Shown here piece by piece: positions 14,632 through 30,139 of a stretch of DNA of 64,000 nucleotides (the first letter of the stretch is position 1; each line of letters opens with the position of its first letter). Location: positions 76,818,001 to 76,882,000 of the forward strand of contig OX597825.1 of assembly GCA_951406725.2 (NCBI GenBank), given 5' to 3'. The notes beneath the pieces are model-generated. The model was not told the DNA's origin, did no database searches, and saw only the letters and a program-made list of their open reading frames with translations. The position numbers and the translations under genes are program-made. The DNA is from Octopus vulgaris. Taxonomy: Eukaryota.

Positions 14632-15269
14632 TATATAGTTTCTTGTGGCTTTGACCGAGACGATTTTGTTGGTCATTTTTCTTTTATAACCGCCGTAATA
14701 CCTGCAAACAGCAAATTCTATTCCTGCTTAGCCGATCTAGCAGCTTTCATCTTTCCCTAGTGTACCACCTGAGTTAATGTCCACTCAGCTAGCAAAAAAG
14801 AGTTCTTCCTATACTTCAAAGGGCCAGCTTTGTAACATTCTTTGTCACGCTGAATCCCTGAATCTATGTTAATGGAACAGGTGTCTGTTGAGTGCTTAGC
14901 CACTTACACGTTAATTTCATGAGCAAGCTGTTCCGTTCAACTGGAATCAACTGGAATCCTTGTCGTAATCGACAGAGTACCAGTTTTCTGCTAATGATTA
15001 TCTCGTCCCCCACTCTATCTTTCTCTCTCTCTCTCTCTTCTAATATTTCGGCGAGCTTGTGTGTGTTTGCCTCCAGGGCCTAATACTCTCGTCGCTAAAA
15101 CAAGTTAAATGTCCACTTAGCTATTCCAAATCACCAGCGTTCAAACTGCCACATCAAATCGTTCCAATTCTGCTTCCAGGTCAATGGTTTCTGAAATTTC
15201 TCCATAGTGATCCTCGGTTTAAAAATCCTCCTGAACCAAATGATTGCCAACGAAACGAAAAGTAATAGT

Positions 15270-15860
15270 TTACACGGATGTATCTTTCTAGCTATTTCTC
15301 TGTCCACAATTCCTGGGAGTGTCGTTGGGATATAGTCCTTAGGTACCTCATCCATAGAGTCTTATTAGAATTTTCGGAAGGATTCTCAAGCGTGACCGAT
15401 TTAGACTATGGATATTATCCAACCATCTTGTCCTTCGTCTACCCCAGTGCCTCCTAGCTGGTTGGCTCAGTTTGAAGAATTTGTTTTCTGATTCTTTATT
15501 GCAACATTCTAATCACATGTCTGTTATACTAAACCTGTGACCTCTTAATGTCATGGTTTGACCTGGAGAGAGAACCTGATCTCCGAGCTACGCACTCTGT
15601 CGAATAACGTTACTCCAGAGATTCTTCAGAAGAAACTCATTTCGGCCACTCGTATTCACAATCGTACTTCTTCGGTCATTACCCACCAATCCTGACCATA
15701 GATAAGGATAGGCACAAAGACCAAATTAAAGATAGCATATTTAGCTAGTTTACCAACCTCCCCTCTTTAGAGAATCGAATTCTTGAGCTCGGCACATTGC
15801 TATGCCAGCACCTGCGATTCCAGCATCCAATTCAGCCTCCTGCTTCCGTTCATATCAATT
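15270..15860 (-). mobile_element. RTE-clade LINE fragment (Expander/Rex3-like, downstream of RT)
   Basis: Minus translation AKYAIFNLVFVPILIYGQDWWVMTE...AEMSFF*RISGVTLFDRVRSSEIR...GRRRTRWLDNI, with stops. Confidence 0.85.
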
Positions 15861-16765
15861 GATTCGAAACTATTTTGGTGATTATGGTGTGCGTTTATCA
15901 CCTCATTATTGGTACAGCTGGTGAGATACAGTAGCATAACTGTCAAGACACAGATACCCATAGGTATGTTCTAGAAATGAGTAATAGTAGCTTTTGTAAA
16001 TATTGTTCGGTCCTTCATTCCGATAAAGCATGAATACTTTTACGCATGTTTCTTCCAGATATGCCAAATTCTTCTTTTGTTTTTCAAGAAATAAAAAAAG
16101 CTTCGTGTATTTTCACAAACCTTGACTAATCAGGACACTCATAATGAGAGTAATAATAATAGCAATAATATTAATGATGGTAATGGTGATGATGATGATG
16201 GTGATGATGATGGCAGTTATTATTTCTGCGTTGTTGTTATCATCAAAATATTTCAGCTAAGTATTAACCGACATTTCTGCGTATTTTACTTGCATTAAAT
16301 TCCAGTAATTCTTAGAGAGATAGAGAGGCAAAGAGAAAGAAGCAGAGAAAGAGGGAGAGATAGAGAGATAGATAGAGAGAGAGAGAGACAGAGAAAGAGA
16401 CAGAGATAGACAGACCGACTCAGAGAAAGAGAGAAAGGGAGAGGGAATGAGACGAGCAAGAAAAGAAAAGAACAGACAAAGAGAGGTGGAGAGAGAGAGA
16501 GAAAGAGAGAGCAAGAGATGAGCAGGGAAACAAAAGAAGAGAGAAAGAGAGAGGTGGAGAGAGAAGGAGAGAGAGAGAAAGAGGAATCTAAAACAGAAAG
16601 GTTTTCAATGGAACAAATTTTTGTTCCCAAAGCTTTTAAGGAAATGGGATTTTAAAATGAATGTATTACATATGTATACGTGTGTGTATGTGTGTATATA
16701 TATATATATATATACACAAACACACACACACGCTAACACACGCTTGTAAGCGTGTGTGTGTATGC

Positions 16766-16800
<35 letters not shown>

Positions 16801-17323
16801 TGTACACACATACATGTATAGAGAAGACCATGTAATGACCTTGTCTTGTAAATCTTTATATGTTGATACACACACACACACACGTACATTCAAACACACA
16901 TATACACATATGTGAGTGCTCACACACACACATACATATATACACACACACACATATATACACGTATGTGAGTGTTTGTATACACATATCAAATGAATAT
17001 TATATGTATGCATATGTGTATATATATTTATACGTGTATGATGTGTATGTGATTGAATGTATGTGCGCGTGTATGCACGAACTTGTGTGTGTATAGATGC
17101 GTATGTGTGTGTGTGTATATATATATATATAACTTTGTAAGCTTTTGTGCATATATGTGTGTGTGAGTGTGTGTATGTGTGTGTGTATACATGTGTGAGT
17201 ATGTATATGTATGTGTGTGTATGAGCAAGCCAATAAACTTGTAGCATTTGTGCGATAAAAATGCATTTGGTAATATCACACACACAAAACAATCAGTAAA
17301 AAAAGACATACATACACTCCCAT

Positions 17324-17365
<42 letters not shown>

Positions 17366-17699
17366 ACACAAATATTAATAATTAAAACATCAGGGGGATA
17401 CAGAAAACATGCAAAATAACAATGCCCCAACATGGCCACAATTCTAAAGCTGAAACTAGTAAAAGAATAAAGAATTAAAAGAAAATAAAACAACGAAAGT
17501 AAGAGTCTATATGCATTTTTAATAAGAAAAAATTTAGCTTTTTGGGGGGTGGGGGTGGGGTGGGATATTTGTGAAACATTTAAAGAAAATGTTTGTTTGT
17601 TTTGTGGTTGTTTTCGTGGCTACTGTTTTTGTTATGAAGAAAATGTCAGAGTCTGTACACCCAGTTGGTTTTAATAGCTTTTATAATAATGATTGCGAG

Positions 17700-17940
17700 G
17701 GTAGTGGCGATGGTGGTGATGGTGGTGGTGGTAGTGGTAGTGGTGTTGGTGGTGGTGGTAGTGGTGGTGGTGGTAGTGGTGGTTGTGGTGGTTGTGGTAG
17801 TGGTGGTGGTGGTAGTGGTAGTGGTGGTGGTGGTGGTGGTGGTGATGGTAGTGGTGGTGGTAGTGGTGGTGGTGGTGGTGATGGTGGTGGTGGTGGTGGT
17901 GGTGGTGGTGGTGGTGGTGGTGGTGGTGGTGGCAGTAATG
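17700..17940. repeat. (GGT)n-rich tract
   Basis: Direct reading. Confidence 0.95.
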
Positions 17941-18104
17941 GTAGTAGAGTGGTAGCAGCAGTCCCTCATCTTGTTGACGTAAACAATCGCACTAACTGTA
18001 AACTGTCCTTGTAAATGAATGTCTTCTTCGTTTGATGCCCCTGTGGCAAATAAATTAATACCCATCATTATTTTCCTTCAACATTACTGACCTTGTGCCT
18101 ATGT

Positions 18105-18322
18105 CGGTTTCAGATTTTGACACAAAGCCAGCAAGTTCGTTGGGGTTGGCTAGTCCATTACATTGAACCCAGTGTTTAACTGGTACTTATTTTCTCGACT
18201 GCCGCGAAAGGGTGAAAGGTAAAGTCGATCTCAACGGAATTTGAACTCAGATTATGAAAATGGACGAAATGCCTCTAAGAATTTTGCTTGCCGCGTTAAC
18301 AATTCCGCCAGCTCGCCGCCTT
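18105..18322 (-). mobile_element. SINE family A, older-tail subtype
   Basis: Plus strand shows GGAATTTGAACTCAG...CCAGCTCGCCGCC. Confidence 0.8.
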
Positions 18323-18359
18323 ATTTCTGTGCCTCTATTAGACTGAACTATTGGCTGCT

Positions 18360-18960
18360 AATGCACCGACTAATGTCCCGACTACATCACTAACAGATTC
18401 TCCTAAATGGTGAGTCGGTGTGGTCTCCGTTTGTATGATACGCCTTTCCGCTGCTCATCTCTTTGACAGAGATACAATCTTGGGTCGAGATAAAAGCAAG
18501 ATTCCTGGCATCCGGAATCTCATCAGGCGCTCTTCTCGGTTAATCAGACAATGCGATCGGTAGCGATATATAAAAATCTAGCGGTAGGTAAGAGCAAATA
18601 CGTTCTCAAGAAAACTATCGGCGTCGACGAAGATGAACTTGTTGGTCTGCTTCAGAGGACTTTCGGACCAGGTACTACTATGGATAACTTTCAGAAATCC
18701 TTGGTCTGACAGTGCTACTGAGGAGCAGTGACGAAACCTTTCGGCATGCACTCGTGCAGTGTCCGAGTATTGTTGACTTGAGGAGTATGAAACGAATCAG
18801 ACCATGGGTTGAGTCCACCGTGAGGATCTCCTCCACCACCCACCACTAACAAGGTAGGGCAGGCGATGCTCTTTTGTCTAATGGCTATGGTGAAAGTGTT
18901 TGGGTGGTGGACGAGGCCGAAAAGATTGAGAGAATAAACCTTTTTCCTCGGCCAAACTAT
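18360..18960 (+). mobile_element. L1/Tx1-like LINE ORF2 C-terminal fragment, decayed
   Basis: TFGPGTTMDNFQKSLV*QCY*G followed by SDETFRHALVQCPSIVDL (second half of a CCHC zinc knuckle). Confidence 0.6.
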
Positions 18961-19345
18961 CATCGACAGTGCTCGACAAGTATTTATTCTTATCGACTCT
19001 GATAGGATGAAAGGTAAAGCCAGCCTCGGCGGAATTTGAACTCAGAACGTAAAGACGGACGAAATACTGCTAAGCATTTTGCCCGGCGTGCCAATGATTC
19101 TGCCACCGCACTGCCTTAAAAAAAAAAAACAATAATAAAATCCTTTCTGCTAAGGCCTGGAAATTAGGAGATGACTAGTCGGTTACATGGACCCCAGTGT
19201 TTCACTGGTACTTATTTTATTGACCCCGAGAGGATGAAAAGCAAAGTCAATCTCGGCGGAATTTGAACTCAGAAATTTAAAGACGGACGAAATGCTGCTA
19301 AGCATTTTACACGGCTTGCTAACGATTCAACCAGCTCACTAACTT
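18960..19345 (-). mobile_element. Two tandem older SINE-A copies
   Basis: CCTCGGCGGAATTTGAACTCAG motif near 19025 and again near 19252. Confidence 0.8.
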
Positions 19346-19421
19346 AATGACGACGATGATGATGATGGTGATGACGATCATGATGATGGTGGTGATGATG
19401 ATGATCATGATGATGATGATG

Positions 19422-19459
<38 letters not shown>

Positions 19460-19475
19460 TTTATTATTATTATTA

Positions 19476-19507
<32 letters not shown>

Positions 19508-19560
19508 GTTATTATTATTATAATAATAACATAACTGATTGGATCGTCACCGATTGGTCT

Positions 19561-20046
19561 CAACTGATTGGAAGTGCTGTCATGTACATTGTTTTGTCTT
19601 GGTATAAAAGATGGGCTACAGCAAATATTCTGCTCACTACCACAGGTTTACTAGTCAGTTGTTTGACCATAACCAATTGAGCATGTCCCTTAGTGGCTGA
19701 CATGTGCATCACTGATTACGGACAGAAGTAGTGTGTTGTGGGGAATTCTTTGAGGTTTGAATAATTCACTTCTAGAAATATGGGTGTTGTGTTCATCTTT
19801 AAACAGACATTATTCAGGGACATTTTGAACAAGATGAGCTAATCAACCTGAAGAGAATTCTAAGTGGGCCCTACTTGCAAGGTCTTGCGCTGTTTATCTT
19901 GATATAAGTTAACCATGTCGCGCACATATGGTTGTGATGCATGTGCCCGGTATACCCTTATCAGACGGGTAGTCATGATGGGTATACTGGTCTTCGTATG
20001 TTTGTACCCCTGTCTCATATTGATAGCATGCGCAGTTCTCTCACTC

Positions 20047-20048
<2 letters not shown>
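19561..20048 (+). mobile_element. Unclassified retroposon 3' region (family D), embedded in (TAA)n
   Basis: Clearly homologous to 60701-61217; ends CTCTCACTCAA(TAA)n. Confidence 0.75.
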
Positions 20049-20101
<53 letters not shown>

Positions 20102-20102
<1 letters not shown>

Positions 20103-20490
20103 GCGCAGCAGTGGCTGTGTGGTAAGTAGCTTACTTACCAACCACATGGTTCCGGGTTCAGTTCCACTACATGGCACCTTGGCAAGTGTCTTCTATTATA
20201 GCCTCGGTAGATGGAAACTGAAAGAAGTCCGTCGTATATATGTATATGCATATGTGTGTGTGTGCGTGTGTGTGTGTGTGTGTCTGTGCTTGTCCCCCCA
20301 ACATCGCTTGACAACAGATGGTGGTGTGTTTACCTCCCCGTAACTTAGCGGTTCGGTAAAAGTGACCGATAGAATAAGTACTAGGCTTACAAAGAATACG
20401 TCCTGGGGTCGATTTGCTTGACTAAAGGCAGTGCTCCAGCATGGCCGCAGTCAAATGATTGAAACAAGTAAAATAAAATAAAAAGAGAGT
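20102..20490 (+). mobile_element. SINE family B with an internal deletion
   Basis: Head, short microsatellite and tail; flanked by (TAA)n. Confidence 0.85.
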
Positions 20491-20512
20491 AAATAATAAT
20501 AATGATAATAAT

Positions 20513-20561
<49 letters not shown>

Positions 20562-20699
20562 CTTTCAAATTTTTCCACAATGTCAGCAATTTTGGAAGAG
20601 AGTACGTGTCAATTACATCGACCAGTGCACAACTGGTGCTTATTTTATCGCCCCCGTCAAAATGAAAAGCAATGATCGGAGTGAGGAAAGTTAAAGCTG

Positions 20700-21000
20700 G
20701 ATAAAGCTTAGAAAACCCGAACCAAAATTAACCATTTGCTTTTCATGGCTGACCTAAATATATGTAGCAAGACGTAGAGATAAATTGGATATACTTGCCT
20801 GTAAAGCGAGGGCTTTCAGCAGTGACACCAGAATGGAATTTGGTATTCCCAAGTGAGGAATCTTTGCAATGAAGAAAGGGAAATGCCATGAAATTGAAGG
20901 AATATATCTACTGATGAAGGAGAGGTTACGGGAGATTTATGTACATGATAGATTTAAATGCCTAAGAGTTTTGGAAATCTGATAGTATGAAACTATGACA
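20700..21000 (+). mobile_element. R4/Dong-like reverse transcriptase fragment
   Basis: FNHLLFMADLNI (corresponds to NHLLFMDDLKL), FSSDTRMEFGIPK*GIFAMKKGK..EGI, FKCLRVLE (corresponds to YKYLGILE). Confidence 0.7.
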
Positions 21001-21619
21001 TAGTTGCATACCAAGAACCAAATAACGGTGATGGTATTAAATCAGATGATTTATTAATTCGGATTCGGGGGAGGAGCATGGCCAGTTGGTTATGGAGTTT
21101 ACATCCTATTCATTACGAACTGGTTTCGGTTTCGCTGCATGATATGTTGCGTAGATACTGTACCGGGCCGAATCCAGCTTTTAGAAATCTCGAAATGCTG
21201 CAATATCATGCAATATTTTGTACTCGTTGATTTTGAAGCTGGTTAATTTGCATAGGGTGTCTTAAAAAGTTATTTTGGAATCTATTTTTTCAAATGGAAT
21301 AATTGATTTGTACCTGTATCTGTTAAATAAAGTCATATTCTTTACTTTTTATCCTTTAATTTTCATCTTATAAATATTATGCTGGAGGTATGGTGTCATA
21401 TGGTATATTTTAGCAACCAGATTCTTTTAAAATTAGGTTCTTTGAAATAATTTTTCTTCGTTCAACTTTTATCCGATAAATACTAAACTGTATAAATGGT
21501 ACAGTCTGATATATTTTAAGAATTTTAAGTGGATTAATAAATACCAAAAACACCGTTTTAAATGTGTATTCATTTGGGTCTGTTAAATACAATTTAGTTC
21601 TGTACTTTTCATTAGTTTA

Positions 21620-21873
21620 TTTGACAGAAACTGAAAATAGCCTGTCGTATATATGTATGTGTGTGTATATGTTTGTGTGTCTGTGTTTGTCCCCCTAGCA
21701 TTGCTTGACAACCGATGCTGGTGTGTTTATGTCCCCGTCACTTAGCGGTTCGGCAAAAGAGACCGATAGAATAAGTACTGGGCTTACAAAGAATAAGTCC
21801 CAGGGTCGGTTTGCTCGACTAAAGGCGGTGCTCCAGCATGGCCGCAGTCAAATGACTGAAACAAGTAAATGAG
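21620..21873 (+). mobile_element. SINE family B, 3' portion
   Basis: TTTGTCCCCCTAGCATTGCTTGACAACCGATG...GACTGAAACAAGTAAA. Confidence 0.85.
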
Positions 21874-22422
21874 TAATTATTTTAAAATTTTAAATATAAA
21901 TCTAGACTCCAGAAAAATGGGACACGTCCATAAATCAGAGACACTTCCGGTCCTAAGCTTGGCGGATAAAGAGTTCGGCAGAGTATAATTTCTTATAGCC
22001 ACAGGTCACCCCGTACCTTGTGAGTGAAAACGGGTGGACGGAACCAGTACAGAATCCAGCCGGGTGGATAGACTGTATCTGTAATACAAAGGGTCCAGCC
22101 TCGTCACAACGTGTCACGCTGATTCTCTCTGAGGACTACGTCACGAAGAATATTCAGTCATTTATGAGATTAGTCTGCTTCACAAGACTTCATAACGCAA
22201 AGAAAATCTTGTCTGTAAAGTGAGAAAGTTTATTATTCACAGTAAATTTCATGGACAGTCTTGTTTGTTGATTTTTTTCCTTATAATTCTCTGACTCTGA
22301 TCATGTTTCACATTCGAAGAATACATTCTTACTTTACTAACGTAGTCCAAACCTAGGAAAATGGATTTATAATAATAATAATAATAATAATAATTATTAT
22401 TATTATTGTCATAATAATAATA

Positions 22423-22453
<31 letters not shown>

Positions 22454-22987
22454 TTCTTTTTCTTCTTCTTCTTCTTCTTCTTCTTCTTCTTCTTCTTCTT
22501 CTTCTTCTTCTTTTTTAGCATTAGTATTAGGAAATCACCACCACCACCACCACCACCACCACCACCACCACCATCATCATTGTCATCATTATCATCATCA
22601 TCTGTATCATTATGCTGAGTGAATCTCTCTCTCTCTCTCTCTCTCTCTCTTGCTCTGTCTCTGTCTGTCTCTCTCTTTCTCTCTCTTTCTGTCTGTCTCC
22701 CTCTCTCTCTCTCTCTCCATATACATACACACACATATTTGCTTGTGTATGTGTATGTGTGCGTGTGCGTGTGTATGAGTATGTATGTGTGTGTGTGTAT
22801 GTGAGTGTGTGTGTGTCCATATTAAAATTGCATAAATGTTCATAATCACCGAAATGAGGAAAAACGTAAAAATAAACTGACGAGATTTCTTCTGCATTCC
22901 GCCAGGTGTATTTCGAGACTGAAAACTTACTTACACAAGGTGTGTATGGCAGAATGTGGGTGCATAGAACACACACACACACTCACA

Positions 22988-23045
<58 letters not shown>

Positions 23046-23429
23046 CACACACACACATATATATATATATATAAATAGATACACACGCACGTATACATTT
23101 GTATGTATATGCCTATAGATCTATAATTACACTCGTATTTATGAAAAAGGTATACACGTTTACACACGGGTGTATATGTATGCGCGTGCGCGCGTGAGGA
23201 TGGGTGCGTTGGTGCAGGAGTGGTGGCACTGGGGTGAGGTGACGGGTGGGGGTGGGGGCGGGGGTGGGGGTGGGGTGGGTGTAAAGAACAACAATAACCT
23301 GGCGTTGATATGTAGCACAGTTTTTCGTGAAAGTAGGATTCTTGTCTATTTTCATAGTTGAAACTCAGATGATCTGTTTACATTCCGCCATTCGTTTTTA
23401 GCATCGTCGCTTGTTGCCGTTTAGAAGTG

Positions 23430-23952
23430 TGTGCTTGTGTGTATGTATGTATGTATGTGTGTATGTATGTATGTATGTGTGTATGTGTGTATGTATGTAT
23501 GTGTGTGTGTATGCATGTATGTGTGTGTGTGTGTATGTATGTGTGTATGTGTGTATGTATGTATGTATGTATGTATGTATGTATGTATGTATGTTTGTAT
23601 GTATGTATGTGTGTATGTGTGTGTGTGTATGTATGTATGTATGTATGTATGTATGTGTGTATGTGTATGTATGTATGTATGTATGTATGTATGTATGTAT
23701 GTATGTATGTATGTATGTATGTGTGTGTGTATGCATGTATGTTTGCATGTGTGCGTATGTATGCATTCGTGTGTATGGGTATATGTATGCATGTATGTGT
23801 GTATGTATGTATGTATGTATGTATGTATGTATGTATGTATGTATGTATGTATGTATGTATGTATGTATGTGTGTATGTATGTATGTATGTATGTGTGCGT
23901 ATGTATGCATTGTGTGTATGGGTATATGTATGCATGTATGTGTGTATGTATG

Positions 23953-23984
<32 letters not shown>

Positions 23985-24590
23985 TGTGTGTACGTATGCA
24001 TGTATGTATTTGTGCGTATGTATGCCTGTGTATGTGTATATGTATGTATGCATGTATGTGTGTGTGCATGAGCGTATGCATGTGTGTGTATGCATGCATG
24101 TATGCATGTATGTATGTATGCGTATATGCATGTATATGTATGTATCTATGCGTGTGCGTATCTATGCGTGTGTGTACATGTATGTATGTATGTATGTATG
24201 TATGTATGTATGTATGTATGTATATTTGTATCTATGTATACATGTGTATATGTGTATATGTATGCATGCATGTGTGTATATGTATGCATGTATGTTTGTA
24301 TGCTTGTGTATATGCATGTTTGTGCATGTAGGTATGTGTATGTATGTATTTATGTATACAAGTGCGCGTATGTGTATATGTGTGTATGTATGCATGTATA
24401 TATAGATATGTATTTATGTATGCATTTATCTATTTATATATGAATGCATGTATATGTTCTTGTATCTATGTATGTTCGTACGCATGGGTATGTATGTGCG
24501 CATGTATGTGTGCGTACGTATGCGTATGTATATGGATGTATATGTGTGTATGTATATATGTATGAATGTATGTGTACACACATACATACA
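23430..24590. repeat. Long degenerate (TATG)n tract, about 1.1 kb; complementary (CATA)n tracts at about 37000-37548, 44035-44150 and 56660-56990
   Basis: Direct reading. Confidence 0.95.
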
Positions 24591-24598
24591 CATTGTCA

Positions 24599-24809
24599 GG
24601 CGGCGAGCTGGCAGAAACGTTAGCATGCCGGGCGAAAATGCGTAGCCGTATTTCGTCTGCCGCTACGTTCTGAGTTCAAATTCCGCCGAGGTCGACTTTG
24701 CCTTTCATCCTGTATAAATTAAGTACCAGTTACGCACTGGGGTCGATATAATCGACTTATTCCGTTTGTCTGTCCTTGTTTGTCCTCTCTTGTGGGTAGT
24801 AAAGAAATA
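24599..24809 (+). mobile_element. SINE family A, young tail, with small deletions
   Basis: GGCGGCGAGCTGGCAGAAACGTTAGC...GTGGGTAGTAAAGAAATA followed by GGTAT. Confidence 0.9.
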
Positions 24810-24893
24810 GGTATATGTGCATGTAAATATATATTTGTGTAGAGTATGAACGTATCTATATCTGTATATGCACATATACATATGAATATATAC

Positions 24894-24926
<33 letters not shown>

Positions 24927-25015
24927 TGTGCGTATGTGTATGTGTGTGTATGTGTATGTGTAGGTATGTATGTCTGCATATATGCATAATCAGAAGATTA
25001 TTTTGATATTAAGTC

Positions 25016-25306
25016 ATAGCTTCTCAAACTATCTGATGTGGTGTGCCGATATTTTTTTTCCAGTTTGCCAGGGACCGGTAATATTTCTTAGTAATATTAA
25101 TTTATACCGGAGACAATATATTTATAATGAATATAATAAAAGTTGACAACATTTTTTATCTTATATTTATTTTATAAACAAATAATACAATATTACATAA
25201 GCATTTTATGATGTTTGTTACTTTTCTGGAAACTCGCCGCGTATCGACAGCTGATGGCACGCGGACTGGTATCGGTCGGCGGACCACCACGGTGTTAAGC
25301 AACGCT
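25016..25306. mobile_element. Possible hAT (Charlie-like) MITE
   Basis: Degenerate ends CATAGCTTCTCAAAC and GTTAAGCAACGCTG, with subterminal GGACC motifs. Confidence 0.35.
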
Positions 25307-25471
25307 GGGTTCAAACGCATAGAAGATGACCTTTTGAAGTGCTTTTCGGCCCAGAAAGCAGTTATAAAAGAACTACCAACAAATGGTTTCAGCATAATCT
25401 TTTGAGAGATTTAGAACTATTGTCCCAGGATGATTGAAGTCTGAAAATGTTTCAAATAATAAAGCGCACGA

Positions 25472-25504
<33 letters not shown>

Positions 25505-25828
25505 TAGACGCGAACACACGGACAGGCGCATACATAGATGTACACATGCAGGTATACAGATACCTACTTACATATACACGTATGTGTGTGAGTTTATCAA
25601 TCTATATATGTATCTATCTATGTCTCTCTCTCTCTCTCTCTCTCTCTACATATACATACATACATATATATATATATATGAATGTACACACTCTCACTTG
25701 CAAACGCACAAATGCATGCAAACATGCATGCATACATACATACATACATGCATACATACATGCATACATACATACATACATACATGCATGCAAACATGTA
25801 TAAACACATAAATACACGCGAACATGCA

Positions 25829-25896
<68 letters not shown>

Positions 25897-26797
25897 TATA
25901 TTATTATATGATTGAACGCCACGCATCCTCTTCCAAGTAAGTTTAATCTTATATATATATATATATATATGTATGTATATACACACACACACACTCACAA
26001 ATATAATATACATACACACACACGCACACATGTAAACATCTATAAACAAACACATACAATCACACACATACACGCACAAACAACCCCCCACCCCCACCCC
26101 CCAAATCCACTCTTCTTATAAAAATAGAAACGCAAACCACAACGAGAGGAAGAAAGAATGGAGGAAGATATTGTATGAAAAACATTTAGAAATACATAAA
26201 TATCGAAAGAAAACTGCGATAGAATTAGTTAAACGAGTAGAATGATGAGAGCGACATGTTGAGGAAATAGTTGGGTTTTATATCGAGTTATGGTGGACGT
26301 TTTTCTTGTATGTTTTGGATGCAGCCGACAGACGAAGAAATGACGTCATTCAGCTCTCTCTCCCTCTCTCATACTATAGCTTCCTCTCCCTCCTGCTATA
26401 TCTCACTTTGTCGCTGTCTATATATCTCTTCTTCTTTCTATCTCTCTCTCTCTCTCTCTTTCTGTCTGTTTTTTTGTTTCTTTCCCTCTTTTTCTCCTTC
26501 CCCCCTTTTCTCTCACTGTTTCTCTGCTTTCGTGAAGCTTTCACGATAAACATGTAATATAGTATTGTCTGCCTGTCTGCCTGCCTGCCTGTCTGCCTGC
26601 CTGCCTGTCTGCCTGCCTGCCTGTCTGCCTGCCTGCCTGCCTCTCTCTCTCTCTGTCTCTCTGTCTCTCTCTCTCTCTCTCTCACTTATTGGCCCTGATC
26701 ATACATCTCTCTTAGTTTCAATGTATGTACGTGTGCGTGAGTTTTTGCGCAAACACGTTTGTATATATATATATATATATATTGTATACATACATAC

Positions 26798-26844
<47 letters not shown>

Positions 26845-27065
26845 CATACATACATACACACACACATATATATATATATATGTACATACATACCTACATC
26901 GGTTTGTCTGTGTGTGTGTAATTTATATAAAATGTGTATATACTCAAATACATGCAAGCGCATATTTTATATACATATAAACACACGTACGTTTCTCTGT
27001 GTGTATGTATGAATCAATGCATGTATGTATGTTTGCATGTATGTATGCATCTACCTATCTGTCTG

Positions 27066-27228
<163 letters not shown>

Positions 27229-27328
27229 GTACACTCACATACACATATATATATGTTGGTATAAGGTCCGTATTTGTCTACATGCACACACATTCAGTCA
27301 GACACACGCACACACACGTGACTGTATG

Positions 27329-27359
<31 letters not shown>

Positions 27360-27552
27360 ATATATCTATAATTATGTGTGTTCTATATGCACATATAAAT
27401 ATATACATATATCTGTAGGTATTTACACACGCCCACACATATATATACTTATAGATATTTTATACATACATATATATATGTGTATATATGTATATATATA
27501 TATATGTATATATATTTATATATATATATACATATATATATATGTATATATA

Positions 27553-27589
<37 letters not shown>

Positions 27590-27764
27590 ACATGTATTTA
27601 TGAGTGTATATATAGTGTTGGTTGTCGAAAGCCGCAGGACATTGGCATACTGACAACTCGCTTTTCTACACGTTTCAGCACCTACATATATGCCATTTTG
27701 TATCTGTATATATTTCAATGTAGATGTGTATGTGTGTGTATACATACATACACACACATATATA

Positions 27765-27820
<56 letters not shown>

Positions 27821-27906
27821 TAAATATATATGTATATATGTATATATATATATACATATATATATCTATCTATATATGCATGTATGTACATATATATATA
27901 TCTATC

Positions 27907-27940
<34 letters not shown>

Positions 27941-28013
27941 TCTATCTATCTATCTATATATATATTATATATATTGTCTGTCTGTCTGCCTGTCAGTCTG
28001 CCTCTCTGCTTGC

Positions 28014-28072
<59 letters not shown>

Positions 28073-28194
28073 CCTATCTATCTATTTATCTATCTTATCT
28101 ATCTATCTGTCTCTCTGTCAGTCTGTCTGTCAGTCTGTCTCTCTACCTGCCTCTCTGTCTATCATTCTATGTATTTACCTATCTGTCTACCTGA

Positions 28195-28970
<776 letters not shown>

Positions 28971-29215
28971 ATGTATATTACACACGCACACACATATATA
29001 AGTTTATATATGATATAGATACATATATTTACTCATACATGTATATACAGCTATCTATCTATCTATTTATTTATTAATTTATTTATTTATCTATCTATCT
29101 ACACATACACACATACACATACACATATATACATATGTGCATATACATTCATATATATATATATATTCGATTCGATTCGTTTGGTCTCGTTTCGTTTCTT
29201 CTTCTTCTCTAAGCT

Positions 29216-29309
<94 letters not shown>

Positions 29310-29312
29310 CAT

Positions 29313-29380
<68 letters not shown>

Positions 29381-29525
29381 AGGTAGATAGATAAACAAAT
29401 AGATAGACATACATACATACATGCATATATATGTGTGTGTGTTTATATATGCATACATATGCATGTGTGTATATATATATATATGTGTGTGTGTGTGTAA
29501 ATATGTGTGTGTGTATGTATATGTA

Positions 29526-29566
<41 letters not shown>

Positions 29567-30139
29567 CTGCCTGTCTGTATTCCCGTTAGTCTACCCATCT
29601 CTCTCTGTCTTATCATCACACAAACATTTCTAGTTAACTCTTTAATGTTCCGTGCAGTACATATGTTATCGTTATCATTAACTCCATTATTATTTCGAAC
29701 ACGCGTTCGACGGTGGATGTCAGCGACATTAACAGCACTAACAACATCATTATCAACAACAATAACAATAACATAATTAATTGATGGCACGAAAACAACG
29801 TACGAGGCCGACCACAAACATATGGAAGCAAAAAGCTGTCGCTGGTGAAACAACAGGAGGACCCAATTCTTCTGATGTAAGAACCAAACCCTGCAATAGA
29901 ATATGGCGTATCTGCAGACTTACCAGTTAAGATATTCTTGAGGATTAAATCTCAGGGCATTAACAAAATGGTGGGTGGCGGGGGAGGATATTATGAAAAA
30001 TAGAAAAGAAAAACAAAACAAGGGCGGTAAGAAAATCTAAAGAAGTCTTGCTAATTAATCCAATTATTATGTCTGTTATCTTTCTTTTATAATAATAATA
30101 TAATAATGAAATTATTGTATACAGTGCTCAGGTGCACCT

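Noticed and set aside
23245-23280. G-quadruplex-forming G-run cluster (also about 17543-17565)
   Set aside because: The motif is real but isolated, low-complexity, and has no functional context
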